DNA from: a virus
Reading direction: 5' to 3' (one strand)
Length of the DNA stretch: 64,000 nucleotides
Virus record (IMG/VR): IMGVR_UViG_3300034031_000020
Span: 1 to 64,000 of that record
Of the stretch, positions 27,353 to 34,846 are shown piece after piece. A program made the position numbers and the translations under genes. The notes under the pieces were generated by a model. The model saw only the letters and a program-made list of their open reading frames with translations, ran no database searches and had not been told where the DNA came from. Every line of letters starts with the position of its first letter. Position 1 is the first letter of the stretch.

Positions 27353-29044
27353 GTGACGCTCCTGTTGGTGCTGCCCGGCGGCGCCACCTCCACCCCCGCC
27401 ACGGCCACCCCCGCCACCATCGCCCGGACCGTGGCCGTGGCGGGGGCGCCCGCGACCGGCTCGACGGCGGCCCCGGTGACCATCGCGCGCACCGTCGCCG
27501 TCGCCGGTACCGCAGCGACCTCGTCGGCGGCCACGGCCACCCCCGCCACCATCCCCGCGACGACGACCGTCGCCGGGTCCGCGTCCACCTCGGCGGCGGC
27601 CACCGCCAACCCGCCCACCGTGGCGGGCACGACGACCGTCGCGGGCGAGCCGGGCGCCGGTTCCACCGCGTCACCGGCCACCGTCACGCGAACCGTCGTG
27701 ATCGCGGGCACGGCGATGGCGGGCGCCACCGCGACCCCGACGACGGTCGCTCGGACGGTGGCCGTCGCGGGGGTGGCCACAGCGGGATCCACACCGGCCC
27801 CGGCCACGATCACCTCGACGGGAGCCGTCGCCGGGGCAGCGCAGGGCGGGGTCACCGCTGTACCCGCGACCGTCACCGCCGTCACCGCCGTGGCCGGTAC
27901 CGCCGCCACCGCGACGGGCTCGTCCGCGACCCCGCCCACCGTCACCGGGTCGGCGGCGGTGAGCGGCGCGCCCGCGACCGGCGCCACACCCGCTCCCGCG
28001 ACGACGATCACCAACGCGGCCGTGGCCGGTGCCGCCACAGCGGGCACCGCACCCACACCCGCGACCGTCGCCCGCGCCGCCGTGCTCGCGGGCGCGGCGT
28101 CCGCGAGCCGGACCGCCACCCCGGCCACGGTCCCGGGCGTCACCGCCGTCACCGCCACGGCCACGCTGCCCGCCGTCGCCACCCCGGCCACGGTCGCGCG
28201 GGCCGTGGTCGTGGCCGGTGACGCGTCGACGGGCCTCGCGCCGCTCCCACCGACGATCGCGCCCCCGGTCGTCGCGGTGGCCGGGCAGCCCGCCGTGGGT
28301 CACACGGCAACCCCCGTGACCGTCGCCCCGCCAGCGACCGCCGTCGCTGGTACCGCCGTCGCCGCGTCGGGTTCCACGGCCACCCCGGCGACGGTCAGTC
28401 CCGCGACCACGGCGGTCGCGGGATCCCCCGCCGCCGGTTCCGCTCCAGCTCCCGCGACGACCGCCCCGCCCAAGGTGACCGTCGCGGGTGTCGTCGCACT
28501 GTCGCGGACCGCCACCCCCGCCACGGTCGCGCGGACCGTGGCCATCGCGGGTGTCGCGGGCGCTTCACGGACGGCCACCCCCGCCACGGTCGCGGGTTCC
28601 GTCACGGTGGGCGGCATCCAGGCGGCGGGAGTGGCCCCCGCCCCCGTCACCGTCGTCGGCGCGGTGCTCATGGCGGGTGTCGTCCAGGTCGGGTCGACGG
28701 TCACGGCGACCACCGTCACGGCCGTCGCCGTGATCACCGGGCCGACGGTCACCAGCCCGACGACGGTGGTCGTTGCGACGCTGCACGGCGCGGCCGTCAC
28801 GGCGGGTTCGGCGTCCGCGAGCCGTAGCGCCACGGTTCCCGTGCTGACCGTGGCGGGGTTCGCGTGGGTGTCGGCGACCGTGTTCAGCGACGTGATCCCC
28901 CACGTGGATGTGGAGTCCGCGACCCGGTTCGTCGCGGCACTGGACGGCGTGGCCCGCATGACGTCCACCCCCGGCTCGTCGACCAGGTTGACCGCGTCGA
29001 CGGAGAACGTAGGGTCGGCGACCGTCACGGGGGTCGTCGGGTGA
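27353..29044 (+). CDS. Thr/Ala/Val/Pro-rich repeat protein (~21-23 aa period)
   Basis: About 20+ copies of ATPATVARTVAVAG-like units; almost no charged or aromatic residues. Confidence 0.8.
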   Translation: MTLLLVLPGGATSTPATATPATIARTVAVAGAPATGSTAAPVTIARTVAVAGTAATSSAATATPATIPATTTVAGSASTSAAATANPPTVAGTTTVAGEPGAGSTASPATVTRTVVIAGTAMAGATATPTTVARTVAVAGVATAGSTPAPATITSTGAVAGAAQGGVTAVPATVTAVTAVAGTAATATGSSATPPTVTGSAAVSGAPATGATPAPATTITNAAVAGAATAGTAPTPATVARAAVLAGAASASRTATPATVPGVTAVTATATLPAVATPATVARAVVVAGDASTGLAPLPPTIAPPVVAVAGQPAVGHTATPVTVAPPATAVAGTAVAASGSTATPATVSPATTAVAGSPAAGSAPAPATTAPPKVTVAGVVALSRTATPATVARTVAIAGVAGASRTATPATVAGSVTVGGIQAAGVAPAPVTVVGAVLMAGVVQVGSTVTATTVTAVAVITGPTVTSPTTVVVATLHGAAVTAGSASASRSATVPVLTVAGFAWVSATVFSDVIPHVDVESATRFVAALDGVARMTSTPGSSTRLTASTENVGSATVTGVVG

Positions 29045-29376
29045 GCCGCTCCGGCCGGTCGGGGACCGGGAACTCGGCGTACCGCACGAACCGCGCGCAG
29101 TTGCTCGCGCAGACGGACCGATGCGCGCTGTGCGGGCACGGCGGCGCGAAGACGGCCGACCACAAGGTGCCTCACGCGTTGTGGCCGCGCGACGCCCGGG
29201 GCGCGCTGCACCCTGGCTTCGATGACCTGGCGAACCTGCAACCGGCGCACGGCAGCATGGGCGGCCGTCAGCCGCACAACCCGTGCCTGGTGTGCGGGGA
29301 GATGTGCAACCAGAAGCGGGGGGCCCGGGTCCGGCACCGGCCACAGACCCGGGACTGGTTCCCGAACCGCACCTGA
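29041..29376 (+). CDS. HNH endonuclease
   Basis: CALCG..ADHKVP..NLQPAH..CNQKRG. Confidence 0.9.
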   Translation: MSRSGRSGTGNSAYRTNRAQLLAQTDRCALCGHGGAKTADHKVPHALWPRDARGALHPGFDDLANLQPAHGSMGGRQPHNPCLVCGEMCNQKRGARVRHRPQTRDWFPNRT

Positions 29377-29438
29377 CCAGCGGTTACGCAGGCGGGGTTC
29401 CACTTTTGCCACCGACAATGAGGCGTTATCGGACACGA

Positions 29439-29481
29439 TCACGTCCGGGGGGTTGCACAATCACGTCCCGGGGGTTAGGCT
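29439..29481 (+). promoter_or_regulatory. promoter P7 of the early family, twin operator-like sites
   Basis: TTGCAC 29453-29458, 17 bp, TAGGCT 29476-29481. Confidence 0.85.
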
Positions 29482-29525
29482 TTGGGTATAAGGCACGACG
29501 ACAACTCCAAAGAGTGGAACCCAAG

Positions 29526-29801
29526 ATGATCGACATCGTTGAGACCGTCCTGATCAACAACGACCAGACTGTCAAGACTCCCGCCGGTGAGTTCGCGGTC
29601 AGTCAGCGAAACGAGGGGTTCGCCGTCAACGACGGGACGTGGAACGTCACGCAGCTCCCGGAGCTGTACTGGTCCGGGGCTGGCGTTCTCCGCCAGCGTC
29701 GTTCGGAGCGATTCCTCGGAGCCTTCGCCGACACGGCCGCCGCCGCCGCCGCGATTGAGTCCGCCGACCTGATGCCCCTCACGGATCGGATGGTTCGCTG
29801 A
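29526..29801 (+). CDS. hypothetical protein (moron-like cassette)
   Basis: Between P7 and the terminator at 29808. Confidence 0.7.
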   Translation: MIDIVETVLINNDQTVKTPAGEFAVSQRNEGFAVNDGTWNVTQLPELYWSGAGVLRQRRSERFLGAFADTAAAAAAIESADLMPLTDRMVR

Positions 29802-29807
29802 CAGACC

Positions 29808-29837
29808 CTCGACCCCCGGCCGACACCGGGGGTCGAG
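29808..29837 (+). terminator. terminator hairpin
   Basis: CTCGACCCCCGG / CCGGGGGTCGAG. Confidence 0.7.
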
Positions 29838-29857
29838 TCATGTCCCGAGAGAAAGAA

Positions 29858-29900
29858 TCACATCCGGGACGTTGACCCCTCACTCATGGGTCGTTATGCT
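29858..29900 (+). promoter_or_regulatory. promoter P8, degenerate twin operator-like sites
   Basis: TTGACC 29872-29877, 17 bp, TATGCT 29895-29900; TCAC-N9-GTTG and TCAC-N9-GTTA 22 bp apart. Confidence 0.75.
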
Positions 29901-29930
29901 CCCGGCGTAACCACAACTGCCGGAGGCTCC

Positions 29931-30329
29931 ATGACCGCCACGACCCCCGCCGCCGCTCGCCACCGCACCGCGACCCGGGCACCCGCCGTGACCCGCCGAC
30001 CCGCCGCCCCACCGCTGACCACCTTCGCCACCGTGCCCGGCGGTACCAGGGCCCGCCGCCGGGGTAAGCCTGGACATGTGCTCATCACCCGCGACGACCG
30101 ATCCCCGGGGGAGCGGTACCACGTCGTCCGCAACGGTGACGGCGTCGTCGGCGCCATCGAGGAAGACGGCGGGAGCTGGATCCTCGACGTCGGGACCTTC
30201 CGGGGCTGGTCGTACCTGTGGACGAGCCACGGCCCGTTCCGGCTCCACCCGGACGCGTGCGTCCACACCGAATGGCTACGATCGAAGGACGAAGCGATGG
30301 CCCGCGCGGCGAAGTGGTTCTGTTCCTGA
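29931..30329 (+). CDS. hypothetical protein (moron-like cassette)
   Basis: SD GGAGG; between P8 and the terminator at 30338. Confidence 0.7.
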   Translation: MTATTPAAARHRTATRAPAVTRRPAAPPLTTFATVPGGTRARRRGKPGHVLITRDDRSPGERYHVVRNGDGVVGAIEEDGGSWILDVGTFRGWSYLWTSHGPFRLHPDACVHTEWLRSKDEAMARAAKWFCS

Positions 30330-30337
30330 GTCACCCA

Positions 30338-30376
30338 GGCGAAGACCCCCACCTGAACAGGTCGGGGGTCTTCGCC
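30338..30376 (+). terminator. terminator hairpin
   Basis: GGCGAAGACCCCC...GGGGGTCTTCGCC. Confidence 0.7.
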
Positions 30377-30381
30377 GTCCA

Positions 30382-30539
30382 GGCGGAGCCGTATCAGGGG
30401 AAACACCGGGGGCGGGTCACTCCGGGCCTGAGAGGACCCCGGGCGACCCGCCCCACCGGCGGACCGGACCGGGTGAAACAGCCCCTGCGGGAGGTGGGGC
30501 CCGCGCGAGCCGACCACGTCCCGGGGCGCATCCTCCGCC
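30382..30539. ncRNA. candidate multi-branched structured RNA upstream of the endolysin
   Basis: Nested stems GGCGGAG/CTCCGCC, CAGGGG/CCCCTG, GGGGCGGGTC/GACCCGCCCC and further hairpins. Confidence 0.4.
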
Positions 30540-30600
30540 GTCCGATCTGTGCTTGACCATACCCGCCGACCTGCCATGATCGGAGGAACAGGGAGGGGAG

Positions 30601-32496
30601 GTGACGGGGGTGACCCTCAACCTCGTCGACGTGTCCCGCTATCAGGTCGAAGTCGACAACCCGCTCGACCTGGTCAAGGCGAAGACCGCCGGGTACCAGA
30701 TCATCAACGTGGCGCTGACCGGCGGCAAGGGCTACGTCTCCGGTGCGTGGGCCCGGACCTACCTGGAGCAGGCCGCGACCCTCGGGTACGGCCGCATGGT
30801 CTACCACTGGCTCGACGGGCGCAGCACCGGCGCCGCGCAGGCCGCCGCGCAGATCAAACGGATGAAGGACCTCTTCGGGTCCGCGCTGACCGGGTTCGCG
30901 CATCAGGTCGACGTCGAGGAGACCGGCAAGGACGGGATCCCGCCGCCGACATGGGCGCACGTCCGCGAGTACGTCGACGCCGTCCAGCAAGCCCTCGGCC
31001 GACACATGGTCATCTACTCCGGGGACTGGTGGTGGAAACCGAAGGCGTGGCCCGGGGCTACGGTGACCCCGTACCTGATGGCGCAACCCAACACGGGGAA
31101 GCTGACGGCGTACCCCGGCGACACGGCCGCACAGTGGACCGCCGGGTACGGGGGGTGGGACACCCTGGCCATCATGCAGTGGGGTGTCCACGCACTACCC
31201 GGCACCGTCGGCTGTTCCCTCGCCGCGCTCCGTGACCACGGGGTGTGGGCGGACCTGACTGGAGGCGATGCACTGATGCCGCAAGCTGACCCCGGCAACG
31301 CACAGCCGGACGCGTGGATAGGACCTGCCGCGCCCTCGGCGCTGGTCGCCGAGCTCGCCGACGTGGGCCGCGACCTGATGCGCCAGGCCGCCGAAGCCGA
31401 CGAACCCCGGCACCTCGACGACGCAGGGGACCTGGCCCGGTGGGCGGCCACCATCGGTGGCGACGTCGAGCGTGACCCGCTCCGGCTCGACCTGATGCCG
31501 ATGGGCGCCGGTGAGGTGTGCTCCTCCACGATCGTCGCGGAGATGGACGACTGGATCGCCGCCGGGGGGACGAACCTCGGCTGCGTCGGCGACAAGGACC
31601 ACGGCACCGGGTTCCACCGAGGCGCGAACTACATCCCCGCCACCGACTACAGCAGACGGCGGGACCCGAACGGCGCCGACGGCCCGTTCATCAACTGGAA
31701 CGCGTCCTGCGCGGGAGACTTCCGCCACGGCGGGAAAGCCGCCCTGCGGGAAGCGGGCCGCAAGCTGCTCGCCGTGCTCATGGCCGGTGGCTACCCGATG
31801 ATCTGTGAGTTCATCGGCCAGCCGTGGCCCGACCGACCCGTCATGTACTGGGCCAGGTGGGAGGGTGTCAGCAATCTCCGGGAGTACACCGGCTCCGGTC
31901 ACGACGTCTGGTACCACATCTCGTGGTACCGGTCCCGCTCCGATCAACGCCCGTACATGTGGAGGAACAGCATGGCACTCGAAGCCACCGACAAGACCTG
32001 GCTCACCTCGGCCGCGTTCACCAACGCCGTCGCGGCGGCCACCGTTGAGGCGCTGCTCACCCGGAAGATCGACCCGACGAACGACCTCAACCCGAACCGG
32101 ACCTTCCACACGTTCATCCTGGACGTTCAGAACATGCGCGACGCGTGGCGCCACGCCCTCACCGACCCGAAGGTGAAGGGGCGCCCGCTGCCCGGCTCCG
32201 GCTTCGACAAGCTCATGAAGTCGGCGGACACCCTCGCCGCCGGGCTCGCCGCCCTGCGCACCGAGAACAGCGCGGCGGAAGCGGCCACGGCCGCGTTGGT
32301 GCGGGAACTGATCCAGCTCGTCCAGGCCGGAGGCGGTGACGTCGACTCGGCGGCGATCCTCAGCAAGCTTGACACCGTCCAGGCCGAGGTCCGCGCCGCC
32401 GCCACCGAGGCCGGTGACCGGGCCCGGGAGGATGTCCTCGACGCGCTGCGGAGGGGGGCCGAGGCCGAGGCCGCCGCACTTCGCAGCACGGAGTGA
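30601..32496 (+). CDS. endolysin: GH25-like muramidase + Zn-peptidase-like domain + helical C-terminus
   Basis: VDVSRYQ, VYHW, QVDVE, IYSG, MQW (GH25); GDKDH..GFH..AGDF..GHDVWYHIS (M15-like H/D/H). Confidence 0.85.
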   Translation: MTGVTLNLVDVSRYQVEVDNPLDLVKAKTAGYQIINVALTGGKGYVSGAWARTYLEQAATLGYGRMVYHWLDGRSTGAAQAAAQIKRMKDLFGSALTGFAHQVDVEETGKDGIPPPTWAHVREYVDAVQQALGRHMVIYSGDWWWKPKAWPGATVTPYLMAQPNTGKLTAYPGDTAAQWTAGYGGWDTLAIMQWGVHALPGTVGCSLAALRDHGVWADLTGGDALMPQADPGNAQPDAWIGPAAPSALVAELADVGRDLMRQAAEADEPRHLDDAGDLARWAATIGGDVERDPLRLDLMPMGAGEVCSSTIVAEMDDWIAAGGTNLGCVGDKDHGTGFHRGANYIPATDYSRRRDPNGADGPFINWNASCAGDFRHGGKAALREAGRKLLAVLMAGGYPMICEFIGQPWPDRPVMYWARWEGVSNLREYTGSGHDVWYHISWYRSRSDQRPYMWRNSMALEATDKTWLTSAAFTNAVAAATVEALLTRKIDPTNDLNPNRTFHTFILDVQNMRDAWRHALTDPKVKGRPLPGSGFDKLMKSADTLAAGLAALRTENSAAEAATAALVRELIQLVQAGGGDVDSAAILSKLDTVQAEVRAAATEAGDRAREDVLDALRRGAEAEAAALRSTE

Positions 32497-33569
32497 CCGA
32501 CCTGTCGTACGGCTTCGCGGCGCAGGTCTACGTCCTGGCGAACCTGGCCATCGCACTGGGGTACCTGTGCGTCCCCTGGCTCGTCCTGCCGTATATCCAC
32601 CTGCGGCGCCGGACGATAGCCGCCGGGGCCCTGTTCTTCCTCGGGTGCACCGGGTCGCACATCGACATGGTTTACGACGTCCTTGTTGGTCACGACCAAC
32701 ACCCACCCGTGGGGTGGGTGGCCGTGTGGTGGCATGCCCTTCAGGCCGTCGGGACGTGGGCGTTCATCATGCTGTTCCGGGGCGAGTTGAACACGGCGGA
32801 CAGGGTCCTCGACGAGATCCGGGCGAAGACCCCGAAGGTGGAGCAGGACATAGCCGCCCTGCCGCCCGGAGACGTCCGGGACGAACTGGTCGAGACCCTC
32901 GCCGCGCTGCGGGTCACTCACCATCCCGTCGAGCCCCCGGCGGTCGAGGTGCCCGACCCGGCGCTCCAGAAGCTCCCCGGGAAGGGCGAATGGGTCAAGG
33001 CCGCCCCCGGTGTGTTCATGATCTGCGGAACCCTCGTCGTGATCGCGATCCTCGGCGTCTACGCGACCCTCGTCGTGACCGGCTCGCCGACCGATGCGTT
33101 CTTCCGCCTGATCAACCTGTTCCTCAACGCGCTGGGCACGCTGGTGACGATGGCGACCCTGTCCGTCGGCCTTGTGCACGCCCGGCGGACCCTGGAGAAC
33201 CGGCGGATCGCGCTCAAAGGACAGGAGGAGGCTCACCGGGCGGCTGACGCCGCCGAGGCCGCCGCGAGGGGCGTCAACGGGGAGCTTACCGCCCGGATCG
33301 TCAAGGCCGCCGCCGCTGCGGCGAAGGACGCGGCGGCGCAACTCCAGCGCGAACGCGACCAGGCAGCCACCGCCCTGCAACGGTCCAGGGACGAGTCCGC
33401 CGCCGCCGTCACCGCAGCGACGAAACTCCAGACGGAACGGGAGGTCGGTGTCCGCAAGGACTACGAGAAGGATCGGCGCGTGTACGAGACCGACCGGCAG
33501 GGCTACGAAGCGGACCGGCAGACCTACGAGCAGCGGAGACAACCCGGCGAGGACGACACCGGGGGGTGA
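32493..33569 (+). CDS. membrane protein: ETR1-like 3-TM sensor domain fused to a 2-TM lysis/holin-like module and coiled coil
   Basis: ANLAIALGYLCVP / LFFLGCTGSH / HALQAV align with ETR1 SDFFIAIAYFSIP / AFIVLCGATH / KVLTAV; GTGA overlap with the endolysin. Confidence 0.75.
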   Translation: MTDLSYGFAAQVYVLANLAIALGYLCVPWLVLPYIHLRRRTIAAGALFFLGCTGSHIDMVYDVLVGHDQHPPVGWVAVWWHALQAVGTWAFIMLFRGELNTADRVLDEIRAKTPKVEQDIAALPPGDVRDELVETLAALRVTHHPVEPPAVEVPDPALQKLPGKGEWVKAAPGVFMICGTLVVIAILGVYATLVVTGSPTDAFFRLINLFLNALGTLVTMATLSVGLVHARRTLENRRIALKGQEEAHRAADAAEAAARGVNGELTARIVKAAAAAAKDAAAQLQRERDQAATALQRSRDESAAAVTAATKLQTEREVGVRKDYEKDRRVYETDRQGYEADRQTYEQRRQPGEDDTGG

Positions 33570-33701
33570 ACGCGACGGAGGGCGGAGACCTCACCCAGAC
33601 GACGCGCTGCCGACGCCGCGTCCGGGGGTCTTCCGCCCTCCGCCATGTTTCCCCGGGTGTCGTAACCGGGGAGCCCTACGAACGGAGATCGTAGCGCATC
33701 G

Positions 33702-34115
33702 TCACCCGAAGCCGAGCCACCGCGTCACCGTCGGCAGGATCCACGACGCCAACAGGTAGACCATGGTGACGCAGACCAGGACGTCCCGCCCGATGCCCCA
33801 CCGCAGGGACCGGCGGCGCAGCTCGTCCATCCCGTCCGACTCCACGTACACCCGGGGCACGATCAGGTCCTGGTATCGCGGCTCACCCGCCCGTTCCACC
33901 GTGATCCGCCGCGTGGTCTCCCCCACCGGCTTGGCCGGGGCCTCGTTCAGCGGGACCCGCATCGTCGGGTCCGTCGGATAGTCCGTCGAGGCCGGGTACT
34001 CCGGCGGGTCGCCGACGGCGCGGTACCCGGGCGCGTAGCTGGGGCCACCCGGAGATTCGTTCCGTCGGTGCCGACTGCTGCGACCGCTTCCGCGAGGTGG
34101 CGTCTCGAACGTCAT
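33702..34115 (-). CDS. membrane-anchored hypothetical protein, probably leaderless
   Basis: C-terminal TM; -10 TACGCT 6 nt before the ATG at 34115. Confidence 0.6.
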   Translation of the reverse strand: MTFETPPRGSGRSSRHRRNESPGGPSYAPGYRAVGDPPEYPASTDYPTDPTMRVPLNEAPAKPVGETTRRITVERAGEPRYQDLIVPRVYVESDGMDELRRRSLRWGIGRDVLVCVTMVYLLASWILPTVTRWLGFG

Positions 34116-34176
34116 GATCGCAGCGTACGGCGGTCGCTCGCTCGCGCCGATCGGCCGAGTTGCTACGATGCGGCGT

Positions 34177-34321
34177 GGCTCGGATGCCCGGAGTGGCCTA
34201 TCGGGTGACCGGCGGCGGCGGCGTACGAGACGGTAGCTGCGACCGCAGGGAAGACGGCTGGAGGCTGGAGTGTCTGCCCACCTCACTGGCCCACCGGGGG
34301 TTCGAATCCCCCTCTGAGCCA
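34177..34321 (+). ncRNA. tRNA-like RNA (~145 nt) with a ~90-nt domain replacing the anticodon/variable arms
   Basis: GGCTCGGA/TCTGAGCC acceptor; CCCG-GAGTGGCCTAT-CGGG D-arm; GGGGG-TTCGAAT-CCCCC T-arm; TGnTACGAT -10 at 34161-34169. Confidence 0.7.
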
Positions 34322-34574
34322 CCCTCACACCCCGTGACCTGGGAAGACTCTCCCGAACATCACTCCCCGTGAGATATCACAACGGGTGACGGTAAGGGCA
34401 AACGATGATCCAACTGGGGTCACGCAGGGTGAAGTCCGGTCCAGAGCGTGACGACTCAGACGGATTGCCGGGTGTCAAGGGGCTGAGCGCAGTAATTCTG
34501 AGTGACGGGGAGTGAACCGCAACGCTCTGACCAGGGAAAACGTGGCCTCCCCGCATTTTATGCAGTCACCCGGA

Positions 34575-34670
34575 GTGAAAATTACGGAGAGAGAGAATAT
34601 CGCGCGGCGCGGCGCGCCGCGACCTCTAGATCCACTAAAAAATTGGCCCCCCACAGGGCTCTGACCAGGC
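34575..34670 (-). other. probable cos/packaging initiation region
   Basis: Minus strand reads GGGGGG..TTTTTT..GC-rich CGCGGCGCGCCGCGCC..TTCTCTCTCTCC, a layout I recognise from cos ends of HNH/HK97-type siphoviruses; lies in a long non-coding gap. Confidence 0.45.
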
Positions 34671-34846
34671 ATTACTACACTGAGTTACGATTACTCTGCG
34701 TGAGACATAGAGGGATGTAACTCTGGGGGCGTTACGCTCACACACGGTATTTCCTGGTCATGCATGGTAACGCATAGGGATGCATGGGGGATGCGGGGTG
34801 GATGGGGAGGGTCGCCTCTACCCATCACACCATCACGCAACGTGGA

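Noticed and set aside
26731-28191. 486-aa minus-strand A/V/T/P-rich ORF
   Set aside because: Antisense shadow of the repeat gene; GC-rich codons lack stops on the opposite strand
30428-30480. Hammerhead ribozyme (CTGAGAG...GAAAC)
   Set aside because: The core requires CUGANGA; here it is CUGAGAG, and stems I-III do not form correctly
34441-34480. Minus-strand TTGACA promoter
   Set aside because: The nearest -10-like hexamer (CACGCT) is 22 bp away, outside normal spacing
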